Shown here: piece after piece, positions 26,750 to 36,641 of the stretch
Layout of the letters: every line of letters begins with the position of its first letter
Position numbering within the stretch: the first letter of the stretch is position 1
DNA from: Mycobacteriales bacterium
Lineage (GTDB): Bacteria; Actinomycetota; Actinomycetes; Mycobacteriales; SCTD01
DNA length: 64,000 nt
Direction of reading: 5' to 3'
NCBI GenBank assembly: GCA_046590985.1
Contig: JBKJVH010000036.1
Coordinates: forward strand, 11,325-75,324
Position numbers and translations under genes: made by a program
The notes under the pieces: generated by a model
The model's database searches: none
The model's input: the letters and a program-made list of their open reading frames with translations, nothing else
What the model was told of the DNA's origin: nothing

Positions 26750-27352
26750 ATGCCCAGAGCCCTGCTGACTGTTCCCGCTGTGACCCTGATGGCGCTGGTC
26801 GGATGCCTCGGGGCCGCCCCGGCGCAGGCCGACCCGCTGCCGCTGCCCCTGCCGACCCTTACGTTGCCGCTACCCCTGCCGAACCTGCTGCCGACCGCGG
26901 CACCGGCGCCGGCACCGGCGCCCGCGCCGACGTCGTCCCCGTCCGCTGCCCCCGCCGCGAAGCCGGCGACGACGACCACCCGGGCGCCGGCGCCGGCTCG
27001 ATCCCTCACGCAGCCTGACTCGACGTCCGCGCGGGCCATCGGCGCGAACTCGGTACGGGTGGTGCTGCCCGGGGCGCAGTCCGGCTCGCAGACCGCTGCG
27101 CTTTCCGCGGAGCGGCTGCAGGTGCCCGCCATGCCGGCCGCTGCGGCGCCGGCCGTCGCGCTGCCGCCGGCCGTCGCGGTCACGTCGCCACCGGTCGTTC
27201 CTGTGCCGGCGGCAAGCCCGCCCCTCGCTGTGCGGTCCTCCTCGGACTCGCGGTCCGACCTGCCCGCGGCAATCGTGGTGCTGGCCTCGCTGCTTGCCGC
27301 CGGGGCAGGTATGGCGAACGTGCTGGCCCGTCGGGTCGCGGCCACTGGTTAA
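26750..27352 (+). CDS. Pro/Ala-rich secreted protein with C-terminal membrane anchor
   Basis: 200 aa. Signal peptide, low-complexity PLPLPLP / APAPAPAP tracts, and a C-terminal hydrophobic helix (AAIVVLASLLAAGAGMANVLA) followed by RR. Confidence 0.55.
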   Translation: MPRALLTVPAVTLMALVGCLGAAPAQADPLPLPLPTLTLPLPLPNLLPTAAPAPAPAPAPTSSPSAAPAAKPATTTTRAPAPARSLTQPDSTSARAIGANSVRVVLPGAQSGSQTAALSAERLQVPAMPAAAAPAVALPPAVAVTSPPVVPVPAASPPLAVRSSSDSRSDLPAAIVVLASLLAAGAGMANVLARRVAATG

Positions 27353-27360
27353 CCTCGCGT

Positions 27361-28227
27361 ATGCGCGTACTCGTCACCGGATCCCTCGGCAAGGTCGGCC
27401 GAGCCACCACGGCCGCTTTGCTCGCGGCCGGTCATGACGTCACCGGCGTCGATGTGGCCCGGGCGTCGTTCGACCGGCCGGAGCCCGGTTCGCCGAAGTA
27501 CCAGCAGGCGGAGCTGACGCTGGCGGGGGATGCGTACGCGGTGGTGCGCGGGCACGACGCCGTGGTGCACGCGGCCGCGATTCCCGAGCCGACGCAGAAC
27601 CCCGCGCACACGGTGTTCCAGAACAACCTGATGTCGACGTTCAACGTGCTCGAGGCGGCCATCCGCTTCGGGCTGAGCAGGTTCGTGAACATCTCGTCGG
27701 AGACGGTGCCGGGGTTCTTCTTCCCGGAGCGAGCCGTGCTGCCGGTGTACGCACCGGTCGACGAGGAGCACCCGATCGCGCCGCAGGACCCGTACGCGCT
27801 GTCGAAGCACTTCGGGGAGCAGCTCATGGACGCGGCGGTCCGGCGCTCGGACCTGCGCTGCATCAGCATCCGGCCGAGCTGGGTGCAGACGCCCGACAAC
27901 TACGCGCGGAACCTCGGGCCGATGCTTGCCGACCCGGACGAGACGTCGGCGGGGCTCTGGTCCTACATCGACATCGAGGACCTCGCGGATGCGATCGTGC
28001 TCGCGGTCGAGTCGGAGCTCTCCGGCCACGAGGTGTTCTACATCGCCTCGCCGGACAACGTCGGCGGCCGGGACTTCGCGGCCGCGATCCGGCAGCACTA
28101 CGGCGACCAGATCGAGCTCCGGCCGCTGTCACGGGTCGATGCCTCCGGGATCTCGTGCGCGAAGGCGGAGCGGCTGCTCGGCTACCGGCCGACGCGGAGC
28201 TGGCGCGACCACCTCGAAGCCCCCTAG
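27361..28227 (+). CDS. NAD-dependent epimerase/dehydratase family protein
   Basis: MRVLVTGSLGKVG Rossmann motif and YALSK (YxxxK). Confidence 0.85.
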   Translation: MRVLVTGSLGKVGRATTAALLAAGHDVTGVDVARASFDRPEPGSPKYQQAELTLAGDAYAVVRGHDAVVHAAAIPEPTQNPAHTVFQNNLMSTFNVLEAAIRFGLSRFVNISSETVPGFFFPERAVLPVYAPVDEEHPIAPQDPYALSKHFGEQLMDAAVRRSDLRCISIRPSWVQTPDNYARNLGPMLADPDETSAGLWSYIDIEDLADAIVLAVESELSGHEVFYIASPDNVGGRDFAAAIRQHYGDQIELRPLSRVDASGISCAKAERLLGYRPTRSWRDHLEAP

Positions 28228-31200
28228 TGCTGCACCTGCACCGGTCGACCTCGGGGCTGGCGCTTGCCCGTGGCCTGTGCGAGGTACTGGCGGTGCCGCT
28301 GCCGGAGGTGTTCGCGGCGGAGGTGGTGGCGGTCCCCGCCAAGGGCGTGGAGCGCTGGCTCAGCCAGCGGCTCTCCCACCATCTCGGCGCCGGGGCCGCG
28401 GGCGACGGGGTATGTGCGCACGTGCAGTTCCCCAGCCCTGCAGAGCTTCTCGACACCGCTGTCGCGTCGGGGAGCCCGGAGCTCGCCGCTGCTGTCGAGG
28501 CCTGGCAGCCGGGGCGGGCCGTGTGGCATCTGCTCGACGTGCTCGACGAGCTTCCGCCCGATGAGTGCCTGCCGGTCCTGCGCTTCCTGGGGGACCGGTC
28601 GACCAGCGAACGGCGGTACGCCCTGGCGAGCCGGGTCGTGACGCTGTTCGCGGGCTACGCGAGTGACCGACCGGAGCTGCTCGCGGGCTGGGCCGCCGGC
28701 ACCGACGACGTCCCCGCCGACCTCAGCTGGCAGCCGGAGCTGTGGCGGCGGCTGCGGGACCGGCTGGGTCCGAGCCCGGCCGAGCTGCATGCCCAGGCCT
28801 GCGCCCTGTTGCGCGAGCACCCCGAGCAGGTCCCGCTGCCGGCGCGCCTGAGCTTGTACGGCGTGACCCGCGTCAGCCAGGCGCGGCTGAACGTCGTGGC
28901 TGCCCTCGCCGCGCACCGGGACGTGCACCTGTTCGTGCACCACCCGGGACCGGCGCTCTGGGACGCGGTCGGGGCCGCGGTGGTGGCCAGCCGGGCCGAC
29001 GACGCGTCCAGCCTGCGGGTGCGGCACCCGCTGCTGGCGTCGCTGTCCCGCGATGTCCGCGAGCTGCAGCAGCGGCTGCAGGCCGCGGCCCCCGACCTGG
29101 TGTCGCACCTGCACGAGGTGCCGGTCACCGACGGCACCGTGCTGCACCGGCTGCAGCGGGACCTGCACCGTGATGTCGTGACGGCGGCAGCGGCGTCGGA
29201 CCGGTCCGTCCAGGTGCACGCCTGCCACGGCCCGGCGCGTCAGGTCGAGGTGCTCCGGGAGGTCATCCTGCAGATCCTGCGGGCCGACCCGACCCTGGAG
29301 CCCCGCGACGTGCTGGTGATGTGCCCGGACGTCGAGACGTACGCGCCCTTGATCACGGCAGCGTTCGACACCGACTCCCACCCCGGTGGCAGGTTGCGGG
29401 TCAGCATCGCCGACCGCTCGCCGCGCCAGACCAACCCGCTGCTCGGGCTGGCCGCCCGGCTGCTGGAGCTCGCGAGCAGCCGCGTGACCGGTGCGCAGGT
29501 GCTCGACCTGGCCGGCTCCCCGGCGGTGCGTCGCCGGTTCTGGTTCAGCGACGACGACGTGGAGCAGCTGCGGTCCTGGGTGGTCGCGACCCACATCAAC
29601 TGGGGGCTGGACGGCGCGCACCGGGCGCCCTGGGACCTGGCCGGCGTCGAGCACGGCACCTGGCGGACCGGGATGGACCGGCTGCTGACCGGGGTGGCCC
29701 TGGGGGAGTCCGATACCCCCTATGCCGGGACGCTGCCGCTCGACGGGATCGACTCCACCGACATCGAGCTGGCCGGCCGCTGTGCGGAGCTGGTCGACCG
29801 GTTGGACGACGCGCTGCGAGGGCTCCGGGGCAGGCAGCCGGTGGGTGCCTGGATGACGAGCCTGGAGGACGCGGTGCTCTCGCTCGGAGACGTGCCCGCG
29901 GACGGGCAGTGGCAGCGCGCGCAGCTGGTGGGCGAGCTGAGCGCGGTGCACGAAGCCGCTGCCGGCTCCGGCGCTGAGCTCACCCTGGCCGATGTGGTGG
30001 CGCTGGTGGGAGAGCGCCTCGAGGGTCGGCCCACGCGCACGAGCTTCCGCACCGGTGGGCTGACGGTCTGCACGCTGACGCCGATGCGGTCGGTGCCGCA
30101 CCGGGTGGTGTGCCTGCTCGGGATGGACGACGCGGCCTTCCCGCGGCACAGCCTGCCGGACGGCGACGACCTGCTGGCCCGCGACCCCCGGCTGGGGGAG
30201 CGCGACCCGCGCAGCGAGGACCGGCAGCTGTTCCTCGACGCGCTGCTCGCGGCCGGGGAGCACCTGGTCATCACCTACTCGGGGGCGCACGTGCGGACCG
30301 GGGCCGCGCTGCCGCCGGCCGTACCCGTCGGGGAGCTGCTCGACGCGCTGCCCAGCGGCGTGGTCGTGCACCACCCGCTGCAGCCGTTCGACCCGCGCAA
30401 CTTCACCGACAGCGCACTGGGGGTCGCCGGTCCGTTCTCGTGCGACCTGGCCTCCTACGCCGGCGCGGTGTCGCTGGTCGGGACCCGCAAAGCACCCGAC
30501 CTGCCGTTCGCGGCCCCGTTGCCACCGGCCCCCGTGGAGGTGATCGAGCTCCGCCGGCTCGCGGAGTTCTTCGAGCACCCCGCCAAGGGCTATCTGCGGC
30601 AGCGCCTGGAGGTGTACGGCAGCAGCCACGACGAGGAGCCGAGCGACGCGATCGTGCTGGAGCTCGACCAGCTCCAGCAGTGGTCAGTGGGGGACCGGGT
30701 GCTGCGCGCCCGGTTGCAGGGGGCCGACGTGGCGGCCGTGATCGCGTCAGAGCGTGCCCGTGGGCAGCTGCCGCCCGTGGAGCTCGGCACGGCTCTCCTC
30801 CGGGACATCAGCGGTCGGGTCGACGGGCTGCTCGCGGCGAGTGCAGGGGCTTGGGCGGTGCCCGAGGAGACCGTCGAGATCGACCTGCCGGACGTGCCGC
30901 TGCTCGGGTCGGTGCGGGTTCGCGGCGACGTGCTGCTCACGGTGACCTACTCCAACGTGAAGGCCAAGCAGCGGCTTCGTGCCTGGGTTGAGCTGCTGGC
31001 CCTGACCGCAGCTGCCCCTGGACGCGCCTGGACGGCCGCCGTCGTCGGTCGGGCGCCGCGCGGGAAGGTCGTGACGCACACCCTCGGCCCGGTCTCGCCG
31101 GGGGATGCCCGGACCTGGCTCGGGGAGCTCGTCGCCCTGCGCAGTGTCGGCCTGCGGACGCCACTTCCCATGCCTGTCAGCACTTCTGAGGCGTACGCGG

Positions 31201-31460
31201 CGCCGCGCCAGTTCAGGGTCGCACCGACGGACGCGATCGAGCAGGCCGCCAAGCAGTGGACCTCAACCTATGACTTCCCCAAGGAGGACGCCGACCCGGA
31301 GAACGTGCTGCTGTGGGGGGCGGGCACCCCGTTTGCCTCCCTGTGGGAGTGGGTCTCCCCCTTGCCGCTGCCGGGCGGGTACGCCGCGGAGCCCTCCGAC
31401 TTCGGCCGCTGCGCCCGCGTCATCTGGCAGCCGCTGCTCGATGCGGAGGTGCGGTCGTGA
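28227..31460 (+). CDS. recC: exodeoxyribonuclease V gamma subunit RecC
   Basis: About 1077 aa from GTG 28227. The size and N-terminus (VLHLHRS...) are typical of RecC. It lies directly upstream of recB with a GTGA overlap. Confidence 0.85.
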   Translation: MLHLHRSTSGLALARGLCEVLAVPLPEVFAAEVVAVPAKGVERWLSQRLSHHLGAGAAGDGVCAHVQFPSPAELLDTAVASGSPELAAAVEAWQPGRAVWHLLDVLDELPPDECLPVLRFLGDRSTSERRYALASRVVTLFAGYASDRPELLAGWAAGTDDVPADLSWQPELWRRLRDRLGPSPAELHAQACALLREHPEQVPLPARLSLYGVTRVSQARLNVVAALAAHRDVHLFVHHPGPALWDAVGAAVVASRADDASSLRVRHPLLASLSRDVRELQQRLQAAAPDLVSHLHEVPVTDGTVLHRLQRDLHRDVVTAAAASDRSVQVHACHGPARQVEVLREVILQILRADPTLEPRDVLVMCPDVETYAPLITAAFDTDSHPGGRLRVSIADRSPRQTNPLLGLAARLLELASSRVTGAQVLDLAGSPAVRRRFWFSDDDVEQLRSWVVATHINWGLDGAHRAPWDLAGVEHGTWRTGMDRLLTGVALGESDTPYAGTLPLDGIDSTDIELAGRCAELVDRLDDALRGLRGRQPVGAWMTSLEDAVLSLGDVPADGQWQRAQLVGELSAVHEAAAGSGAELTLADVVALVGERLEGRPTRTSFRTGGLTVCTLTPMRSVPHRVVCLLGMDDAAFPRHSLPDGDDLLARDPRLGERDPRSEDRQLFLDALLAAGEHLVITYSGAHVRTGAALPPAVPVGELLDALPSGVVVHHPLQPFDPRNFTDSALGVAGPFSCDLASYAGAVSLVGTRKAPDLPFAAPLPPAPVEVIELRRLAEFFEHPAKGYLRQRLEVYGSSHDEEPSDAIVLELDQLQQWSVGDRVLRARLQGADVAAVIASERARGQLPPVELGTALLRDISGRVDGLLAASAGAWAVPEETVEIDLPDVPLLGSVRVRGDVLLTVTYSNVKAKQRLRAWVELLALTAAAPGRAWTAAVVGRAPRGKVVTHTLGPVSPGDARTWLGELVALRSVGLRTPLPMPVSTSEAYAAPRQFRVAPTDAIEQAAKQWTSTYDFPKEDADPENVLLWGAGTPFASLWEWVSPLPLPGGYAAEPSDFGRCARVIWQPLLDAEVRS

Positions 31461-34400
31461 TCGCTGACGCCGACCTCGCCGGGCCGCTGCCGGTGGGTAC
31501 GACCGTGCTGGAGGCCAGCGCCGGCACCGGCAAGACCTGGACGATTGCCGGGCTGGTGACGCGCTACGTCGCCGAAGGGCACGCGCGGATCGACGAGCTG
31601 CTGGTGGTCACCTTCGGACGGGCGGCGACCAGCGAGCTCCGCACCCGGGTCCGGGAGCGCCTGCAAGACGTCAAGGACGGCCTCGGGTTCCCCTCGGCCG
31701 ACCCGGTGGTCCAGCTGCTGTCGATCGGCCCGGCCGAACAGGTGGAGCTCCGCCGGCAGCGGCTCGCGACCGCGCTCGCCTCGTTCGACAGCGCCACCGT
31801 CTCCACCACCCACGAGTTCTGCCACCAGGTGCTCCGGGCGCTCGGCACGGTCGCCGACCTCGACCCTGGCACCGCGCTGGTCGAGAGCCTCAAGGACCTG
31901 GTCACCGAGGTGTGCGACGACCTCTACCTGCGGTTCTGGGGCTACTCCAAGGCGACGCTGCCGTTCAACCGCGCGACCGCGCTGGCCCTCGGCCGCCGCG
32001 CAATTGGGGACCCGGAGGCCCTGCTTCTCCCGACCGGTCGGGTCACCGACACCGACGCGGACCTGCGCGTCCGGTTCGCCGTCGCCGTGCGCAGGGAGGT
32101 CGACCGCCGCAAGCGCCGCGCCAAGGTGCTCGGCTTCGACGACCTGCTGGGGCGGGTGCGCGATGCGCTGGCCGACGAGGTGACCGGCAAGGTGGCCTGC
32201 GAGCGGCTCCGCGACCGCTACCGGATCGTGCTGGTCGATGAGTTCCAGGACACCGACCCGGTCCAGTGGGAGGTGCTGCACCGGGCGTTCCACGGCCACC
32301 GCACCCTCATCGTCATCGGCGACCCGAAGCAGGCCATCTACGCCTTCCGCGGCGCCGACGTCTCGGCCTACCTCAGCGCGCGCGAGAGCGCCGACAGCGA
32401 GCAGACCCTGGGCACCAACTGGCGCAGCGACCCGCGCGTCCTCGACGGGCTTGCCGTGCTGCTCCGCGGCGCCGCGCTCGGCGACCCGCGCATCGTGGTG
32501 CGCCCGGTCGCCGCAGGCCACCCGACCGTCGTCCTCGGACCAGGAACCGATCCCGCGCCTGTACGGCTCCGCATGCTCCCCAGGACCGGACTGCCCCTGA
32601 GCGGCAAGGGCGTCCCGCTGGTCGGCAGGGTCCGCGAGGTGGTCGCCGCCGACGTCGCCGCGCAGGTGGTGGCGCTGCTGCGAGCTGGGCACACCGTGAC
32701 GCCGCGCGGCGGGGTAGCCCGGCCGCTCGAAGCCGGCGACATCGCCGTGCTGGTGCGCAAGGGCGCGCAGGCCCAGGAGGTCCGGTCCCGCCTGCTGGAG
32801 GTCGCCGTACCCAGCGTCCTGACCGGCACGTCGAGCGTCTTCGCGACCGCCGCCGCACAGGACTGGTGCCTGCTCCTGGAAGCGCTGGAGCAGCCGCACC
32901 GGACCGGCCGGGTCCGCCGCCTCGCGCTGTCCTCGTTCTTCGGCTTCGCGGCCGTGGAGCTCGACGGAGCGGCGGGCGTGGAGGCGATCGACGAGCTCGT
33001 CCAGCAGCTCCGCGGGTGGGCCGAGGTGCTGGCAGACCGCGGTGTCGCGGGGCTGTTCGCCGTCGTCGCCGACCAGCACAGCCTGGCGCGCCGGTTGCTG
33101 AGCGAGCCGGACGGCGAGCGGTTCCTCACCGACCTGCGCCACGTCGCCGAGGTGGTCCACGGCCAAGGCGTCGCGGCGGCCCTCGGCCTCGCGGGGCTGG
33201 TGTCGTGGCTGCGGGAGCGGGTGGAGGAGGCCACCGACGACCTGGACCAGGAACGGTCCCGGCGGCTCGACACCGACCGGGCCGCGGTGCAGGTCATGAC
33301 GGTGCACACCAGCAAGGGTCTGGAGTTCCCGGTGGTGCTGGTGCCGTTCGGCTGGGATGCCTTCGGCGGCGGGACCCGAGAGCGCTACCCCCGCGGGCAT
33401 GACGCCGCTGGCGCGCGGACGCTGTTCCTGGCCGGCAAGCAGGACCCGGACTACCACCCCGCCTGTCGCGCCGAGGAGGTCGAGGACGCGGGGGAAGAGC
33501 TGCGGCTGCTCTACGTCGCGATGACCCGAGCGGTCTCGCGGCTGATCCTGTGGTGGGCGCCGTCCACCCAGACCGACCGCGGCCCGCTGCACCGGCTGCT
33601 GCTGTGCCCCGACCCGCAGGCCGTCCCTCCGGTGTTGGCGCTCCCCACCGATGACGACGCCCTCGCCAGCCTGCGGGCGCTCGCCACCGGGGCGGTGAAG
33701 CTCGAGCTGGTCACCGGTGCGCCGTCCCGCGACCGGGCCCCGGCCGTCCCGCAGGCCGACCCGAAGGCGCTGCGCGCCGCCGACTTCGGCCGCGCTGTGG
33801 ACCTGGAGTGGCGGCGGCTGTCGTACTCCTGGCTGACCCGCGACGTCCACGAGGCCGCCGCGTCGGTCACCTCCGAGTCCGAGCAGGACGTCAAGGACGA
33901 CGAGACCGACGAGGTCCGGGAGGAGCCGGCCGACCTCACGGACCCCCTGCACGCGGTGGCGTCGCCGATGGCCGACCTGCCGGGAGGCACCTCGTTCGGC
34001 ACCCTCGTCCACACCGTCCTGGAGAAAGCTGACCTCACGGCCCCGGACCTGCTCACCGAGCTGACCCGGCACGTCGCGGAGCAGGTGCAGCGCAGTGGCT
34101 CCGGCTATGACGTCGCGGAGCTGGCTGCGGCGCTGGTACCGGCGGTGTCCACGCCACTCGGTCCGCTGGCAGACCATCTGCCCCTCAAGGCCTTTGCTCC
34201 CTCGGACCAGCTCACCGAGCTGGACTTCGAGCTGCCGCTCGCGGGCGGGGACGACCCGCACACCCGGGTCAGGTTGGGGACGGTCGGAGCACTCCTGCGG
34301 TCGCACCTGGAGGCTGGTGACCCGGTGCTCGCCTACGCGGCCTTGGTGGAGGCTCCCGCCCTCGCGAACCAGTCGCTCCGCGGCTACCTGGCCGGGTCGA

Positions 34401-34750
34401 TCGACGTGGTGCTCAGGGTCGGCCGTCGTTATGTGGTCGTCGACCACAAGACCAACCGGCTCGCGGGACGGGACGTCGCGCTGACTGCCTGGCACTACCG
34501 GCGGGCAGCGCTGGACCGGGCGATGCTCGAGGCGCACTACCCGCTGCAGGCGCTGCTCTACAGCGTCGCGGTGCACCGCTACCTGCGCTGGCGCCAACCT
34601 GCCTATGACCCTGAGCAGCACCTCGGTGGAGTGCTCTACCTGTTCCTGCGTGGCATGTGCGGCGACGGCGTCGTGGCCGGCGTGTGGGACTGGAAGCCAC
34701 CGGCCTCACTCGTGCTCGCGCTGTCGGACCTGCTGGCCGGTACGCCATGA
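31457..34750 (+). CDS. recB: exodeoxyribonuclease V beta subunit RecB (helicase-nuclease)
   Basis: About 1097 aa. Walker A EASAGTGKTWT, VDEFQDTD, and a C-terminal nuclease motif GSIDVVLRV...VVVDHKTN (RecB DYK-type). Confidence 0.9.
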   Translation: MIADADLAGPLPVGTTVLEASAGTGKTWTIAGLVTRYVAEGHARIDELLVVTFGRAATSELRTRVRERLQDVKDGLGFPSADPVVQLLSIGPAEQVELRRQRLATALASFDSATVSTTHEFCHQVLRALGTVADLDPGTALVESLKDLVTEVCDDLYLRFWGYSKATLPFNRATALALGRRAIGDPEALLLPTGRVTDTDADLRVRFAVAVRREVDRRKRRAKVLGFDDLLGRVRDALADEVTGKVACERLRDRYRIVLVDEFQDTDPVQWEVLHRAFHGHRTLIVIGDPKQAIYAFRGADVSAYLSARESADSEQTLGTNWRSDPRVLDGLAVLLRGAALGDPRIVVRPVAAGHPTVVLGPGTDPAPVRLRMLPRTGLPLSGKGVPLVGRVREVVAADVAAQVVALLRAGHTVTPRGGVARPLEAGDIAVLVRKGAQAQEVRSRLLEVAVPSVLTGTSSVFATAAAQDWCLLLEALEQPHRTGRVRRLALSSFFGFAAVELDGAAGVEAIDELVQQLRGWAEVLADRGVAGLFAVVADQHSLARRLLSEPDGERFLTDLRHVAEVVHGQGVAAALGLAGLVSWLRERVEEATDDLDQERSRRLDTDRAAVQVMTVHTSKGLEFPVVLVPFGWDAFGGGTRERYPRGHDAAGARTLFLAGKQDPDYHPACRAEEVEDAGEELRLLYVAMTRAVSRLILWWAPSTQTDRGPLHRLLLCPDPQAVPPVLALPTDDDALASLRALATGAVKLELVTGAPSRDRAPAVPQADPKALRAADFGRAVDLEWRRLSYSWLTRDVHEAAASVTSESEQDVKDDETDEVREEPADLTDPLHAVASPMADLPGGTSFGTLVHTVLEKADLTAPDLLTELTRHVAEQVQRSGSGYDVAELAAALVPAVSTPLGPLADHLPLKAFAPSDQLTELDFELPLAGGDDPHTRVRLGTVGALLRSHLEAGDPVLAYAALVEAPALANQSLRGYLAGSIDVVLRVGRRYVVVDHKTNRLAGRDVALTAWHYRRAALDRAMLEAHYPLQALLYSVAVHRYLRWRQPAYDPEQHLGGVLYLFLRGMCGDGVVAGVWDWKPPASLVLALSDLLAGTP

Positions 34751-36600
34751 GCGACGTCCGGCTGGCGGTGCGCGCGACCGGGCTGCTGCGCGAGCTCAAT
34801 GAGGGCGGCGTGCTGCACGCGGCGGACGTCCACGTGGCCCAGCGGCTCGGGGCCCTGGCCGGCGAGGCCGACGAACGGGTGCTGCTGGCGCTCGCGCTGG
34901 CCGTCCGCGGGGTGCGCAACGGGTCGGTGGTGCTGGCCCTGTCGGAGGTCCCGGCCACGGTCGGGCCTGACGACGCGGAGGGGGAAGCGCCCTCCCGGTT
35001 CCTGCCGACCTGGCCGGCTCACCACGACTGGCTCAAGGCCGTCCAGGCCAGCCCGCTGGCCGGCGGTCCGCTGCACGTCGAGGGCGACCGGCTCTGGCTG
35101 GACCGGTACTGGCGGCAGGAGGTGCTGGTCGCCAGCACCCTGCTCGACCGCGCCGCCGACCCGCCCGTGGTGGACGCGGCGGTGCTGGCGGCGTCGCTGG
35201 CCCGGCTGTGGCCCGGCAGCGACCCCGAGGACCAGCGCTTCGCCGCGGCGGTCTGCGCGCTGTCTCGCGTCTCGGTCCTCGGCGGCGGACCGGGTACGGG
35301 CAAGACCACGACCGTGGCCCGGCTCCTCGTCGCCTTGCGCGATGTCGACGGGCCCGCGCGGGTGGCGCTGGCGGCGCCGACCGGCAAGGCGGCGGCCCGG
35401 CTGCTGGAGGCGGTGACGTCGGCGTCGGCGGGGCTGACCCCTGCCGAGCAGGCCTACCTCGGCGCGATGACCTCCTCGACCCTGCACCGGCTGCTCGGGG
35501 TGCGCCGCGGCAGCGCGCGCTTCTGGCACCACGCCGGCAACCGGCTGCCGCACGACGTGGTGGTGGTCGACGAGTCCTCGATGGTGTCCCTCACGATGTT
35601 CGCGAGGCTGCTGGCCGCGCTGCGCCCCTCGGCCCGGTTGGTGCTGGTCGGGGACCCGGACCAGCTCGCCTCGGTGGAGGCCGGCGCGGTGCTCTCGGAC
35701 CTCGTCGCTCCCGCCGTCGCGGGCCTGCGCACGGGAGCCTTTGCGGCTGCGCTTTCCCTTGCGGTTCCTCAGGACCCGGTCGACTCCTCCGCACCGGACA
35801 CCCCCGCCGCACGGGTCCGGGACGGGGTGGCGCTGCTCCGGCGGATCCGCCGGTACGACGAGGGCGGCGCGATCGCCTCCCTCGCCGCGGCCATCCGGGC
35901 CGGTGACGCGCCGGCGGCTCTTGCGGTGCTCCGGTCGGGGCAGCCCGGGGTGCGGTTCGAGGAGGTGGCCGACGAGGCGCCGGTGACCTCACCGGCCCTG
36001 CGCAAGGCCGTCGTCGAGCAGGCCCGTCAGGTGCTCGGGCACGCCGGTGCGGGGGAGGCTGCCGAAGCCCTCCGCGCCCTGGAGGCGCACCGACTCCTGT
36101 GCGCCCACCGGAGAGGACTGCGCGGCGTCAGCCACTGGAGCCAGGTCGTGCAGGGCTGGCTCGTGCACGACCTCGGGATCGCGCCGCGGCGCGACGGCCG
36201 GTACGTCGGACTGCCGCTGCTCGTCACCGCCAACGACTACGACAACGGGCTGTGGAACGGCGACACCGGGGTCATCGTGCAGGACGGCCAGGACAGCGCG
36301 GCCTGGGTGGCGGCCTTCGGCACCGGCGGTCCCGACCCCAAGGTCGTGCCGCTCGGGCGGCTCGCGGAGGTGCAGCCGCTGTACGCGATGACGGTCCACC
36401 GTGGGCAGGGTTCGCAGTTCGAGGCTGTCACCGTGCTGCTGCCGCCGGCAACCTCGCCGCTCGGCACCCGCGAGACGCTCTACACCGCCGTTACCCGGGC
36501 CATGAACGAGGTGCGCGTGATCGGCTCGGCGGCGGCCGTGGAGGCCGCGGTCCGGCGGCCGGTGCTCCGCGCGTCGGGGCTGCAGGCGCGGCTGTCCTGA
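34747..36600 (+). CDS. recD: exodeoxyribonuclease V alpha subunit RecD
   Basis: 617 aa. GGGPGTGKTTT, VVVDESSMV, and AMTVHRGQGSQF (typical RecD motif). ATGA overlap with recB. Confidence 0.9.
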   Translation: MSDVRLAVRATGLLRELNEGGVLHAADVHVAQRLGALAGEADERVLLALALAVRGVRNGSVVLALSEVPATVGPDDAEGEAPSRFLPTWPAHHDWLKAVQASPLAGGPLHVEGDRLWLDRYWRQEVLVASTLLDRAADPPVVDAAVLAASLARLWPGSDPEDQRFAAAVCALSRVSVLGGGPGTGKTTTVARLLVALRDVDGPARVALAAPTGKAAARLLEAVTSASAGLTPAEQAYLGAMTSSTLHRLLGVRRGSARFWHHAGNRLPHDVVVVDESSMVSLTMFARLLAALRPSARLVLVGDPDQLASVEAGAVLSDLVAPAVAGLRTGAFAAALSLAVPQDPVDSSAPDTPAARVRDGVALLRRIRRYDEGGAIASLAAAIRAGDAPAALAVLRSGQPGVRFEEVADEAPVTSPALRKAVVEQARQVLGHAGAGEAAEALRALEAHRLLCAHRRGLRGVSHWSQVVQGWLVHDLGIAPRRDGRYVGLPLLVTANDYDNGLWNGDTGVIVQDGQDSAAWVAAFGTGGPDPKVVPLGRLAEVQPLYAMTVHRGQGSQFEAVTVLLPPATSPLGTRETLYTAVTRAMNEVRVIGSAAAVEAAVRRPVLRASGLQARLS

Positions 36601-36615
36601 CCTTGCTACTCTGCG

Positions 36616-36632
36616 GTCAGCATAACGCTGAC
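36616..36632. promoter_or_regulatory. inverted repeat between recD stop and the XRE gene (candidate operator)
   Basis: GTCAGC-ATAAC-GCTGAC with perfect 6-bp arms. It ends 10 nt before GTG 36642, next to the AGGAG RBS. Confidence 0.35.
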
Positions 36633-36641
36633 AGGAGCAGA

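Noticed and set aside
26800-27000. Short tandem CCG/GCG-rich repeats (PLPLPLP, APAPAPAP coding tracts) as a possible repeat array or CRISPR
   Set aside because: They lie in frame within a signal-peptide-bearing ORF. The units are irregular 6-nt units with no spacers. This is low-complexity coding sequence, not a CRISPR or satellite.
24139-27345. 1068-aa minus-strand ORF spanning the amidase, EEP and Pro/Ala-rich genes
   Set aside because: It is antisense to three plus-strand genes that carry clear family motifs. The translation is Arg/Gly/Pro/Ala-rich with no recognisable domain. This is a typical long stop-free antisense frame in high-GC DNA.
28224-34621. 801-aa and 1117-aa minus-strand ORFs opposite recC and recB
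   Set aside because: recB on the plus strand has unambiguous Walker A/B and nuclease motifs, and recC has the expected size and operon context. The antisense translations are low-complexity, Arg/Pro/Gly-rich, and have no motifs.
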